From Candidatus Saccharibacteria bacterium CPR2 (GTDB taxonomy: Bacteria; Patescibacteriota; Saccharimonadia; Saccharimonadales; QWHN01): a DNA stretch of 64,000 nucleotides. Of this stretch, positions 1 through 10,146 are shown piece by piece. The notes beneath the pieces are model-generated. The model was given only the letters and a program-made list of their open reading frames with translations. It did no database searches and was not told where the DNA came from. The translations under genes and the position numbers were made by a program. The first letter of the stretch is position 1, and each line of letters starts with the position of its first letter. The stretch covers positions 13,582 to 77,581 of the forward strand of contig QWHN01000002.1 in NCBI GenBank assembly GCA_021404905.1. Direction: 5' to 3'.

Positions 1-959
1 TCTGCAACGGACTTTATGAATTAGAGAAAAGCTTGAAAGTTAAAATGATTTCAGGTGGCGCCAGTGAAGTTTATTCCTACAATTTTTTGCACGGCAATCT
101 GCTGGATGCTGCTTCGCAACCAAAAGAATATGCTTACCACATCAGAAACGCTATAAGTCCCGAACTTCAATATATGAGGGTAAGTTTGTTGCCTGGCTTG
201 CTCAGTAAAGTACACGCGAATATTAAGCGTGGACATGAGAGTTTGGCATTGGTTGAAACGGGAACTGTTCATGTCAAAGGCGTTAACGACAAAATCGAAA
301 ATAATTTGCCCGAAGAACTGCCAAGACTCGCTTTTGTGTTTTCAGCTAGCGATGGTCTAGCTAAAAAATATCCTGGAGCGCCTTTTTATTACGCTAAAAA
401 GTATTTGGAGTTTGCTCTCGCTGGCTTTGAGATTTCATATCAAATACCAAAAGACGAATACGAATATATTCCAAGCAGGCTGGCACTGGCCCCGTTCGAT
501 AAAAACAGAAGTGCTTCGGTAATGATAAGTGAAACAAACGTTGGTTTTGTCGGTGAATTTAATGACAATATCAGTAAAAAACTTAAATTGCCAGGCCTCT
601 GTGCTGGATTTGAAATTGGCCTGAATCCAATTGCTAAACTTTTATCGGCAGATATCCAAGCGAGCTATAAGCCGTTGTCAAAATTTCCCAGCTCACATCA
701 GGATATATCCTTTGCGATTAAATCGAGCGTTTCGTACGGAGAATTGGAAGCAGCACTTGCAAAATCGCTAGATAGAAAATCATTGGCTGTAAATATTGAG
801 CCTCTAGATATTTACAGGAAGGATCATGAGACGAAGCATATTTCATTTAAACTTAATTTTACTGACAGCGAAAAAACTTTAACGACAGAGGAAGTTAACG
901 AAATTCTTGAGGAAGCATCAAAAACTGTATGTGAAAAATTTAAAGCTACACGCCTGTAG
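1..959 (+). CDS. pheT: phenylalanine--tRNA ligase beta subunit, C-terminal part (5' end lies outside the window)
   Basis: The frame is open from base 3, with no stop upstream of the listed TTG at 33. The C-terminal ferredoxin-fold anticodon-binding segment (HQDISFAI...KHISFKLNFTD...TTEEVNEILEE) is typical of PheT. Confidence 0.8.
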   Translation, partial: CNGLYELEKSLKVKMISGGASEVYSYNFLHGNLLDAASQPKEYAYHIRNAISPELQYMRVSLLPGLLSKVHANIKRGHESLALVETGTVHVKGVNDKIENNLPEELPRLAFVFSASDGLAKKYPGAPFYYAKKYLEFALAGFEISYQIPKDEYEYIPSRLALAPFDKNRSASVMISETNVGFVGEFNDNISKKLKLPGLCAGFEIGLNPIAKLLSADIQASYKPLSKFPSSHQDISFAIKSSVSYGELEAALAKSLDRKSLAVNIEPLDIYRKDHETKHISFKLNFTDSEKTLTTEEVNEILEEASKTVCEKFKATRL

Positions 960-1004
960 GCTTTGTTATAATAAGAGTGTTTACAGAATAAGGGGGAAAT
1001 TTAG

Positions 1005-1661
1005 ATGACAGATATAAAGTTACAGCTTGTTGAACGTAAAAAGACTGGCAAGGCTGGCAAAAAAGAACTTGAAATAAATATGGTTCCAGGGGTAATTTAT
1101 GGCAAAGAGTTTGGCCCGACCCACGTTGCTGCGGATTATAATAAACTTCAAAAAGTTTTTCATGAAGCCGGAAAAACCCATGTTGTTGCTGTAGATATCG
1201 AGGGTAAAACCTCGCAAAGGACCATGTTCAAAGCAGTGCAGAGCGATCCGGCGAAAAATCAAATTAGGCATTTTGACCTCCTTGCTGTGAAAAAAGGTGA
1301 AAAAGTGCACGCGGATATCCCAATTGTTTTGGTAGGAGAAGCTCCTGCTGGAAGAAGTAATATCATTAATCAAGTTACAGAATCGGTCCCCGTGGAAGGC
1401 GAGCCGGATAATTTACCCGACCAGTTTGAAGTCAACATAGAGGATTTGAACCAAATTGGTGATCACATTATATTATCGCAAATTAAAATTCCAAAAGAAC
1501 TTACATTATTAATAGAAGAAGATCCTGCTACGGTGACGGTAGTAAAGGTTGATCCCCCAATTAAAGAAGAGGAACCAGTAGAGGCAGAAGCTCAAACGGA
1601 AATCGAAGGAGCTGAAGATAGCTCGGAACAAGCTGGCAGTGATGCTTCAGAAGAAGAATAG
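1005..1661 (+). CDS. rplY: 50S ribosomal protein L25 / Ctc form
   Basis: The N-terminus has an L25 signature (GKAGKKELEINMVPGVIYGK) and the protein ends in an acidic tail. The SD-like AGGGGGA sits ~8 nt upstream of the ATG. Confidence 0.85.
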   Translation: MTDIKLQLVERKKTGKAGKKELEINMVPGVIYGKEFGPTHVAADYNKLQKVFHEAGKTHVVAVDIEGKTSQRTMFKAVQSDPAKNQIRHFDLLAVKKGEKVHADIPIVLVGEAPAGRSNIINQVTESVPVEGEPDNLPDQFEVNIEDLNQIGDHIILSQIKIPKELTLLIEEDPATVTVVKVDPPIKEEEPVEAEAQTEIEGAEDSSEQAGSDASEEE

Positions 1662-3450
1662 CTTAATATCATTTGGCCTGGTTATTGCGGCAGTTACAAT
1701 TTTTGTGGCGTTGCTAAATTGGCCTGCAGGTGCGATATCCGCAAGGCCCATGGCAGTTAAAAGCTTTCACGGAGAATACGACATCTCTGATCAAAGCTAT
1801 CCGCACATGGTTATCTCAGAGACAATAAAAGTTGTTTTTAATGAACCCAGACATGGCATAGAAAGATATATACCTCAAAAATATAAAAACACTGGCGGGG
1901 GTTTCTCTGGAATACGTGATTTAAAGACAGAAATAATTTCCGTAACTGATGAGTTGGGCAATGAACTTGAATTTTCTGAGAGGTATCAAAACGACAATCT
2001 GGTTCTAAGAATTGGCGATCCGGATGTATATGTTACCGGCGAAAAAACATACGTACTAAGCTACTCAGTTGAGAACTTTGTTAGATTTGAAAATGGCTAT
2101 GACGAGATATTTATGGATGTAAATGGCACCGGTTGGGATGCTGAATTTGACCAAGTAACGGCGATCATAAAGTTACCAGAGGGCTATATAAATAAATATG
2201 CTGTTTCCGATGCGGTATGTTTCACTGGTGAATTTGGATCAACTAGAAGCGACTGCTCAGTCAACCTGGATGATCCCCAGAATATATCCGTGTCTTTAGG
2301 AGAAGGAACCAGGCTGAGCGCTTATGAAAACCTTAGTTTTGCGCTTAAGCTGGAAAGTGGATATTTCCAACCGCCGACTTTCTGGCAACTGTGGGGTACG
2401 TTGATAATAAATGCTGCCATAGCAGTAATTTTGCCAATATTTACTCTGGTTTATATGATCAAATTCTGGATAAAACATGGCAAAGATCCAAAGGGCAGTG
2501 GCGTCATTGTGACTCAGTTTGATGCTCCAAATAATTTATCTCCGGCTCACGTTGGCACCCTTGTTGATTTTTCTGCGGACAACAAAGAGCTTTCATCAAC
2601 AATAATTGATCTGGCCATAAAAGGTTATCTAAAGATCATAGACAATACAGAAGCAAAGTCTAAAGATTATTCGTTTGAACTGGTTAATGATAGTTGGGCT
2701 AGTTTGTTGCCTCATGAAAAAGAAATAATGGAAGGTATTTTTGGCGAGGATCAAGCACAAAGAAATGTAAATATTAAGGAACTAAAAAATAAGTTTTATC
2801 AACAGGCAAATTCTGCGAAAAACCAGGTTTATGAAGACCTGAAAAACGAGGGCTATTTCGCAAATAATCCAAAAAGTGCCATAGGTAAGTATATTGTCAT
2901 AGGAATAATAATAATTTTTGGCGGCCTGTTTATACCAAGTTTTATATTCAGTGGATACTATGGAATTAAAATCGGCTTGATAGCGAGCGGTGTAATTATC
3001 GCAATATTTGGCTTCTTCGCGCCAAAAAGAACCAGGGAGGGCGTGCTTGCCAGTGAACACATTAAGGGTTTGAAGCGGTATATGGAAGTGGCGGAAAAAG
3101 ATCGCATTAAGATGATGCAGTCACCCGACAGCCGATACATAGGAGACGTAACTGCACCCGAGTTTACTGTTGAGTTATATGAAAAATTACTGCCCTACGC
3201 TGTGGTACTTGGCGTCGAAAAACAATGGGCGGAAAAATTTAAAGATATCTACACATCACCACCTAGTTGGTATAGCGGAAGCGATGTGGGCGGCTTTAAT
3301 TCTGCCGTTTTCACAAGCCATTTAATGAGCAGTATGAATACTATAAACAACACCATAGTTTCAAGTCCGTCAAGTTCTGGAAGCAGCGGCTTTGGTGGAG
3401 GCGGTTCTTCCGGGGGTGGCTTTGGCGGCGGAGGCGGCGGGAGTTGGTAA
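1639..3450 (+). CDS. DUF2207-like membrane protein
   Basis: It has an N-terminal TM helix, a large extracytoplasmic domain, a central and C-terminal TM block, and a terminal Gly-rich tail (GGGSSGGGFGGGGGGSW). The start (GTG 1639 or ATG 1642) overlaps the end of rplY. Confidence 0.7.
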   Translation: MMLQKKNSLISFGLVIAAVTIFVALLNWPAGAISARPMAVKSFHGEYDISDQSYPHMVISETIKVVFNEPRHGIERYIPQKYKNTGGGFSGIRDLKTEIISVTDELGNELEFSERYQNDNLVLRIGDPDVYVTGEKTYVLSYSVENFVRFENGYDEIFMDVNGTGWDAEFDQVTAIIKLPEGYINKYAVSDAVCFTGEFGSTRSDCSVNLDDPQNISVSLGEGTRLSAYENLSFALKLESGYFQPPTFWQLWGTLIINAAIAVILPIFTLVYMIKFWIKHGKDPKGSGVIVTQFDAPNNLSPAHVGTLVDFSADNKELSSTIIDLAIKGYLKIIDNTEAKSKDYSFELVNDSWASLLPHEKEIMEGIFGEDQAQRNVNIKELKNKFYQQANSAKNQVYEDLKNEGYFANNPKSAIGKYIVIGIIIIFGGLFIPSFIFSGYYGIKIGLIASGVIIAIFGFFAPKRTREGVLASEHIKGLKRYMEVAEKDRIKMMQSPDSRYIGDVTAPEFTVELYEKLLPYAVVLGVEKQWAEKFKDIYTSPPSWYSGSDVGGFNSAVFTSHLMSSMNTINNTIVSSPSSSGSSGFGGGGSSGGGFGGGGGGSW

Positions 3451-3498
3451 GCATTTATTTTTCGCAAGCAGAAAAAAGTCTGTTAATCTATATTAATA

Positions 3499-4131
3499 GT
3501 GAAAACAATATTATTTGATTTTGATGGAACCATAGCGGACACGCTTAGCGTTATGGTTGAAATCGCCAATGAAGTTCTCGAAGAAATGGGCAGGCAGCCT
3601 TTAACGCCAAAACAGATTGAACATTACCGGGGTATGACCGTAATGCAGATAAAGGATGAGCTTAAAATACCGGCAACAAAAATACCATCCCTGGTTGCCA
3701 AGGCGAGAAAAAAATTATTTGGATATAGAGACGAACTCTGCCCGATCCCAAAAGTTCTAGAGGTAATAAAGTTGCTTGGAAAAGAGGGCGTAACGGTAGG
3801 TATGCTGACTTCCAATTCAAAACGCAACGTCGACTATTTTTTGAGCAGACACAACGCTGACAAATTATTCGACTTTGTTTATACGGGCAGTAGTTTATTT
3901 GGAAAAACGCGGATGATTAAAAAGATCATCAGAAAATATGGGCTAGACGCCAGCGGCATGATATATGTTGGAGATGAGGTTAGAGATATAACAACCGCAA
4001 AAAAAGCTCATGTCGCGGTCGCGTCTGTTACCTGGGGATTTAATTCGGAAATGATACTTAGGCAATATGAACCCGATGTTGTTATTACTAAGCCAGAGCA
4101 ATTATTAAATCTGGCAAAAGCAAAATATTAA
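3499..4131 (+). CDS. HAD-superfamily hydrolase (phosphatase-like)
   Basis: Motif I is LFDFDGTIADT, and a GDEVRD motif lies near the C-terminus. The start codon is GTG. Confidence 0.75.
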   Translation: MKTILFDFDGTIADTLSVMVEIANEVLEEMGRQPLTPKQIEHYRGMTVMQIKDELKIPATKIPSLVAKARKKLFGYRDELCPIPKVLEVIKLLGKEGVTVGMLTSNSKRNVDYFLSRHNADKLFDFVYTGSSLFGKTRMIKKIIRKYGLDASGMIYVGDEVRDITTAKKAHVAVASVTWGFNSEMILRQYEPDVVITKPEQLLNLAKAKY

Positions 4132-4168
4132 GTAAATTCAATCTAATCTACAAAAAAGCAATAAAATT

Positions 4169-4197
4169 GTATACATAAGAATATTTCTTACGTATAC
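4169..4197. promoter_or_regulatory. 29-bp near-perfect palindrome (candidate operator) overlapping the predicted promoter of the 4206 gene
   Basis: The sequence is GTATAC-ATAAGAA-TAT-TTCTTAC-GTATAC, with a single arm mismatch. The right arm overlaps a TATACT -10 box at 4193-4198, 7 nt before the ATG at 4206. Confidence 0.45.
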
Positions 4198-4205
4198 TTA
4201 AATTA

Positions 4206-5624
4206 ATGGAAATCTATGACTTAGTTATTATCGGAGGCGGAGAAGCGGGCCTGCGTGCTGCTGAGATTGCGTCAAAATTTGGTGTTAAGATTGCATTAAT
4301 CGAAAAGCAAAACCATGAAACCACAGCCGGATTGGTTGGAGAAAAATCACTGACGTTACATAAAGTCGCGAAAACGATTTATGAATCTAGAAAATTAAAA
4401 TCAACTGGCCTGAAAGTGCCAAAAAATATTATATGGAACGGCGTAAAAGAACAGTTGAGTACCGCCGATATTAAAACCAGTGAATTGGTCCGGCGCTTAA
4501 GTAAGCAAATAGATTTTTTATACGGAGAGGCAAAATTTGTCAGCACTAACGTTATTAGTATTGACAAAAGAAGAGAAATAAAGGGACGCAAGATAATTAT
4601 TGCTACCGGAGCCCATCAAACGATTCCAAAAATACGGGGGCTATCTAAAATCACTTACTTTGACACAAACTCAATTTTTTCTATTCCTAAGTTGCCTTCA
4701 AAACTAGCGATCATCGGTGGGGGAGTTGACGGATGCGAGCTTGCCTCGACTTTTTCGATGCTAGGGGTAACAGTATTTTTAATAGAAAAACAATCGAACT
4801 TACTACCGGATTTGGATATTTCAGTCAGAAAAATTGTGCGAAAAAGGCTTGAGGAAATAGGAGCCAATGTGTTACTAGGCAGTAACGTTGAGAGAGTAGT
4901 TCGTTACCCGAGAAGTATTGAGCTTAGAGTTAAAACGAAATCGGGCAAGGAAAATTGTCGAATTAATGACATAGTTTTTGCTTCAGGAAAAGATGGGAAT
5001 TTTTCGCTTGATTTATCTCGTGGCCATGTTGCATTTACCAAGGAAGGCATATCGACAAATAGTTGTTTTCAAACCACCAATCAAAATGTATATGCTATTG
5101 GAGACGTAACAAATTGGCGCAAATCAGCGATCTTTGCATATGAAAGCGCACTAGTAGCCGTGCATCACGCTTTAACAGGAACGCGGAGAAAAGACATAAT
5201 ACCACTTAGCCGCACTGATTTTGTTCGTGTTGATCCTGGTTTTGTGGCATTTGGCGAAGGAGAATCTGAACTTAAGAAGCGTAAAGCTAAGTATAAAATT
5301 CTCCAATCAAATTCGAATTTAGCCAATTCTGATTTAGAGGCAAAAGACGAGGAAAGAATAACACTGTATGTTAATAGAAGAAGAATTTTAGGGGGGATAC
5401 TTGCGGGGCCAGGGGCCATTGAAGCTTCAGGAATACTTACTTATGCATATCAAAATAAAATTCCATTTATTAAATTAACTAAAGCGCCCTTTGGCCGCTC
5501 AAGTTTGGGCTCAAACATAAAAAACATTTTTATTAATTCATATAAAACAAATACTCATAGAAGTGACTGGATAAAAAAAGGATTTAATAGCCTTAAATCT
5601 AAAACTTCTCAGATTTTTTCTTAA
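4206..5624 (+). CDS. FAD/NAD(P)-binding pyridine nucleotide-disulfide oxidoreductase homolog, apparently lacking the redox-active cysteine pair
   Basis: It has the N-terminal FAD motif DLVIIGGGEAG and a second dinucleotide motif, IIGGGVDGCE. At the position where class I enzymes carry GGTCxNxGCxPSK it reads AGLVGEKSLTLHK. Confidence 0.65.
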   Translation: MEIYDLVIIGGGEAGLRAAEIASKFGVKIALIEKQNHETTAGLVGEKSLTLHKVAKTIYESRKLKSTGLKVPKNIIWNGVKEQLSTADIKTSELVRRLSKQIDFLYGEAKFVSTNVISIDKRREIKGRKIIIATGAHQTIPKIRGLSKITYFDTNSIFSIPKLPSKLAIIGGGVDGCELASTFSMLGVTVFLIEKQSNLLPDLDISVRKIVRKRLEEIGANVLLGSNVERVVRYPRSIELRVKTKSGKENCRINDIVFASGKDGNFSLDLSRGHVAFTKEGISTNSCFQTTNQNVYAIGDVTNWRKSAIFAYESALVAVHHALTGTRRKDIIPLSRTDFVRVDPGFVAFGEGESELKKRKAKYKILQSNSNLANSDLEAKDEERITLYVNRRRILGGILAGPGAIEASGILTYAYQNKIPFIKLTKAPFGRSSLGSNIKNIFINSYKTNTHRSDWIKKGFNSLKSKTSQIFS

Positions 5625-5654
5625 CTAATAGTCATGCGGTATAGTTGAATAGTC

Positions 5655-7430
5655 ATGAAAGACATTCTGCGTATTATTAGATTCTCAAAAAATTTATGGC
5701 CGCTGTATAGCGCTGTGGCTATATTTTCTATTCTTATTGCGCTGCTTAATCAATTTGCTCCGTTACTTACGAAAGTGGTAATTGACGAACTTGTAGCCGG
5801 ATTCAACCAAAATAACGAAGTGCGTGGCGAATTTATCATTTTAATGGTAGTGCTTATATTCTTGAGTGATGTTGGAGTGACTATATTTTCTAATATTGGA
5901 GGGTATATAGGAGATATTCTTGCGATTCGTTTAGACAAGCTGCTGAGCAGCAGTTATTACGAGCATCTACTAAAGTTGTCGCAAAAATATTTTGACGACG
6001 AACGCACCGGGACAATCATAAATTATCTGACTCGTTCCATTAATACTATTACCAGATTCGTTAATATGTTTGCCAACAACTTTTTCCAGTTTATTTTAAG
6101 TACCGTACTAACACTTGGGATAGTTGCATATTTTTCCTGGGAAGTAGCATTAATGCTAGGCGTTTTATATCCAATTATTCTTTGGCTCACTCAACGTACG
6201 AGTAAGACTTGGCAAAAATATCAGCATCGCATTAATAGGCAATCCGATCTTGCCAATGGACGTTTTGCTGAGGTGATCGGGCAAATTAAAGCAGTAAAGT
6301 CATATGTTCAGGAAAAACAAGAGTTAAATTTATTCCTAAATAAATATCGACGCATGGTTGAATTAACAAAAAAACAGTCGCTTTTTTGGCACAGACAAGA
6401 CGTAAATCGTCGTCTGGTGCTGAACTTAATATTTTTTTCTGTCTATGGTTATGTAATTTGGAAAACAGCTATAGGCGCGTACACAATCGGTGAGATGGTT
6501 TTGTTGCTTCAGTATAGCGCGTATATAAGGATCCCGATATTCTCTATGTCATTTATTGTAGACCAAACTCAACATGCTATTGCCGGCAGTAAGGATTTCT
6601 TTAAAGTTATGGATACGATAGAGGATGTAAAAGACCTTGAGAATACTAAAAACCTAAAGGTAACTAACGGGGAAATAGAATTTAAAAATGTTAGTTTCAA
6701 TTACGGTAAAGAGAACGTACTTAAGAATATAGATTTTGTCGTTAAACCCAGTAAAAAAGTTGCCTTGGTGGGTGTTAGCGGCCAGGGTAAAAGTACTATA
6801 GCTCATTTGTTATTCAGGCTTTATGACCCGAGCCAGGGCGCAATTTATATTGATGGACAAAATATCGCCCAAGTCTCTCAAGCTAGTTTGCGACGTAATA
6901 TAGCTGTTGTGTTTCAAGATCCAACATTATTCTCTGGAACAATACAGGAAAATATCGCTTATGGTAAAAAAGGAGCTAGTAAGGAAGAAATTATTAAGGC
7001 CGCAAAAGCGGCTTATGCCCATGAGTTTATCAGTGCGTTTGAAAAAGGCTATGAATCTGAAATTGGCGAGAGAGGAATTAAACTTTCAGGCGGACAAAAA
7101 CAACGCATTGCGATTGCCAGGGCAATTTTAAAAGGCGCGCCCATTTTAATATTAGATGAAGCAACAAGTTCGCTTGACAGTAAAGCAGAACTCATTGTTC
7201 AGAAAGCGCTGAATCATTTAATGAAAAACCGAACAACATTGATCATTGCTCATAGACTGGCCACAATTGCGCATGCTGATGAAATAATTACTTTAATAGG
7301 CGGCAAGATCGATGAAATAGGAACTCCAAAAAAATTATCTAAAACCGGTGGGATTTACAGTGAACTTCTTCAGCTGCAAAATATGGGCCAACTTGCTAAA
7401 AACCAAATGGAAAAATTTGAAATTAGTTGA
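5655..7430 (+). CDS. ABC exporter, fused permease/ATPase (MsbA/type I exporter-like)
   Basis: A six-TM N-terminal half is followed by Walker A GVSGQGKST, the signature LSGGQKQR and Walker B ILILDEATS. Confidence 0.85.
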   Translation: MKDILRIIRFSKNLWPLYSAVAIFSILIALLNQFAPLLTKVVIDELVAGFNQNNEVRGEFIILMVVLIFLSDVGVTIFSNIGGYIGDILAIRLDKLLSSSYYEHLLKLSQKYFDDERTGTIINYLTRSINTITRFVNMFANNFFQFILSTVLTLGIVAYFSWEVALMLGVLYPIILWLTQRTSKTWQKYQHRINRQSDLANGRFAEVIGQIKAVKSYVQEKQELNLFLNKYRRMVELTKKQSLFWHRQDVNRRLVLNLIFFSVYGYVIWKTAIGAYTIGEMVLLLQYSAYIRIPIFSMSFIVDQTQHAIAGSKDFFKVMDTIEDVKDLENTKNLKVTNGEIEFKNVSFNYGKENVLKNIDFVVKPSKKVALVGVSGQGKSTIAHLLFRLYDPSQGAIYIDGQNIAQVSQASLRRNIAVVFQDPTLFSGTIQENIAYGKKGASKEEIIKAAKAAYAHEFISAFEKGYESEIGERGIKLSGGQKQRIAIARAILKGAPILILDEATSSLDSKAELIVQKALNHLMKNRTTLIIAHRLATIAHADEIITLIGGKIDEIGTPKKLSKTGGIYSELLQLQNMGQLAKNQMEKFEIS

Positions 7431-7479
7431 AGCATAGTTGATAAAAGTTAAGTAATTACTTAAAATACACTTTGTTCAA

Positions 7480-10146
7480 ATGAAAAATATTCTTGTAAAA
7501 CTTGGCGTCGGATCTCTCAAGCGTTATAGGGTTACTTTACTTTTATGGCTGCTTATAGTCCTGATAGGTTTAGCTAGTTACACTACATTACTAAAACGCG
7601 AAGGATTTCCGTCTATTGAAACACCGGTTGCGATTATTAACGGATCATATTTTGTAAATAATCCCAAAACTGTTGACGACCAAGTGGTCCAACCCCTAAA
7701 TAAGGTTTTAATAGAAATTCCTGAAATAGAACAAATTCGCTCAAATGTTAGAGGAGATTTTTTTAATCTCGTCGTTCAATTCGATTCGGACATTAGCTCA
7801 AAAAATGGCATCGAGATCATTCAAAACCAAATAGATAGACAATTATCTTTGCCCGAAGGCGTCCAAATTGAATATCAGGAAATCGAAGCCGCAAAATTTA
7901 ATGGCACAGCCGACTTGCTCATCAGCGTATATAAAAACCCAAATACGCCGACAAATGAACTGGTCGAAAGCGCAAATGAGCTAGTTAGGATATTGGATTC
8001 CAAAGACAGTGTGAGATCTGCATCCGTAGAACAATATTATAAGAGCGGTGTTAACCCGATAACAGGCGAGGAAGTGCAGAAAGAAGTTGCATTTGGCCAA
8101 ATTGGCGTTAAGGATAGAGGCAGAATTGAATTTTATCCCTCAGTTACTGTCAATGTTGAAAGAAAAGAGAATGTAGGTGTTTTTGAGCTTAGCGACGAAG
8201 CCGAAAAAGCCATTAATGAAGCCATCGACAATAATCAAATAAATGGCGCTAAAGCGACGATCTCCGCGGATTTTTCGGAGTCTGTTAATACGCAAATTGA
8301 ATCTTTGCAAAGCAGTATGGTTACAGGACTAATAGTAGTAATTTTAATTAGTTTTATACTTATAAGCTGGCGTGCTTCGATTATTATCGCCCTGTTTATG
8401 CTAAGTGGGGTTTTGGCGATTTTTGGCGCGCTTTATTTAATTGGCTATACATTAAACACCATTACTTTGTTTGCTTTGGTGCTGGTACTTGGTTTGTTTG
8501 TTGATGATGCAACAATAGTCGTGGAGGCAATTGATGCCAATAATAAACAAGGCAGACGCAAGCTGGAAATTATAAAAACAGCTTTGTCAAAAGCAGCGCT
8601 TGCCAGTCTTGCTGGCACATTAACAACGGTTCTTGTATTCGCGCCAATGTTGTTTGTTTCCGGAATACTCGGCGAATTTATCAGGCAGCTACCAGTAACT
8701 ATTATTATTTCTCTGCTAATTTCATTACTGTTTTCAGTAACTATAGTTCCGTTTATGGCCGGGCCGATACTACTTCATAAAAAAGAAACCAAGGGAACAT
8801 CTTTGAGTAGAAAAATAGAAAATGGCATCGCTTCCTGGTTGGCTAAATTCCCGCTACTTCTCAAAACCAACAAAAAGAAAGGCGTGCTTGTTGCGACACT
8901 AATGGTACTTTTAAGCTTGGTATTTTTTGCATCGGGATTATTCATAGTTAAGAACAAAATAAGCTTTAATATCTTTCCTCGTTCCAAAGACGCAGATTCC
9001 ATTTTAATCAGCACTTCTTTGCCTAGTTCTACAAGTATTGATGGAGCAAAAGAAGTTGCCGGAAAGGTAAATAAAATAATTTCTAGTACGGTCGGGGAAA
9101 ATGCTGTTCGCGTATCGTATCTCACGGCCAGCGAAAGAGGAAGCGAAATCCAAGTTGATCTAGTGCCGTTTACTAAAAGGGAAGTCAAAGCTCCGGAATT
9201 AGTAAAAAATCTTGAATCTGCTTTTGAAGGTTTTGATGGCGCAACAATTAACGTAATCCAGCTTGATGTCGGACCGCCTGCGGATAAATTGCCGTTCAAA
9301 GTACAGATATATAGCGAGGACGAAGCCAATGCTAATCAAGTTGCGATGGATATTTCACAGTTTTTAAGTGGCAATTTTGTTGAACGAGCAAATGGCGAGA
9401 AAGTAAGTATAACTGAAGTTAAGGTGCTAAACAGTGAGAGTATAAACAGAAAAAACAACTTAAAATATATCGAAGTAAATGCCGGTTTCAATGCGGAAGA
9501 TGTATCTGCTTTGGTAGTTGCTGCTCAAGAAAAAGTTGAAAAGAAATTCGATGCTAATTATTTAAAATCAAACGGTTTAAGTGAAAACGCGCTTAAATTT
9601 GATTTTGGCCAGGAAACGGAAAATGCTCAGTCGTTTCAATCTACTATAGTAGCGTTCTTTTTGGCGATTGCATTAATGTATTTACTTCTTGTAATACAAT
9701 TTAATTCTTTTTCTCAGCCATTGCTGATTTTCACTGCGATACCGTTTAGTCTTTTTGGAGTTGCCCTTGGGCTGTGGCAAAGCGACAATGCATTTAGCTT
9801 CTTTGTCATGATCGGCCTAATTGGTCTAATCGGTATTACTGTTAATAACACCATACTATTTACCGATTATGCAAATCAGGAAAAAGAAAAAGGACACGAT
9901 AAATACACAGCTATTTCAGAAGCTATCAGACTGAGATTCCGACCCTTGCTGGTTACAACACTGACAACGGTCATAGCTTTAATACCATTAACTATTTTTG
10001 ACCCGTTTTGGGAAGCATTGTCTCTAACATTAATTAGCGGTTTACTTTCAAGTACATTCTTAGTCGTACTTTCTTTCCCCTACTACTACATTTTGATCGA
10101 GACTATTCGCGAAAAGAAAAATAAATTGTTTCCAGCGCTAAAATGA
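7480..10146 (+). CDS. RND-family transporter permease (AcrB/AcrD/AcrF-like)
   Basis: Topology is 1 TM + large loop + 5 TM, then repeated, over 888 aa. The TM segments resemble RND pumps. Confidence 0.7.
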   Translation: MKNILVKLGVGSLKRYRVTLLLWLLIVLIGLASYTTLLKREGFPSIETPVAIINGSYFVNNPKTVDDQVVQPLNKVLIEIPEIEQIRSNVRGDFFNLVVQFDSDISSKNGIEIIQNQIDRQLSLPEGVQIEYQEIEAAKFNGTADLLISVYKNPNTPTNELVESANELVRILDSKDSVRSASVEQYYKSGVNPITGEEVQKEVAFGQIGVKDRGRIEFYPSVTVNVERKENVGVFELSDEAEKAINEAIDNNQINGAKATISADFSESVNTQIESLQSSMVTGLIVVILISFILISWRASIIIALFMLSGVLAIFGALYLIGYTLNTITLFALVLVLGLFVDDATIVVEAIDANNKQGRRKLEIIKTALSKAALASLAGTLTTVLVFAPMLFVSGILGEFIRQLPVTIIISLLISLLFSVTIVPFMAGPILLHKKETKGTSLSRKIENGIASWLAKFPLLLKTNKKKGVLVATLMVLLSLVFFASGLFIVKNKISFNIFPRSKDADSILISTSLPSSTSIDGAKEVAGKVNKIISSTVGENAVRVSYLTASERGSEIQVDLVPFTKREVKAPELVKNLESAFEGFDGATINVIQLDVGPPADKLPFKVQIYSEDEANANQVAMDISQFLSGNFVERANGEKVSITEVKVLNSESINRKNNLKYIEVNAGFNAEDVSALVVAAQEKVEKKFDANYLKSNGLSENALKFDFGQETENAQSFQSTIVAFFLAIALMYLLLVIQFNSFSQPLLIFTAIPFSLFGVALGLWQSDNAFSFFVMIGLIGLIGITVNNTILFTDYANQEKEKGHDKYTAISEAIRLRFRPLLVTTLTTVIALIPLTIFDPFWEALSLTLISGLLSSTFLVVLSFPYYYILIETIREKKNKLFPALK

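Noticed and set aside
3249-3467. An antisense ORF encodes a poly-proline stretch.
   Set aside because: It is the mirror image of the Gly-rich (GGN repeat) tail of the DUF2207 gene.
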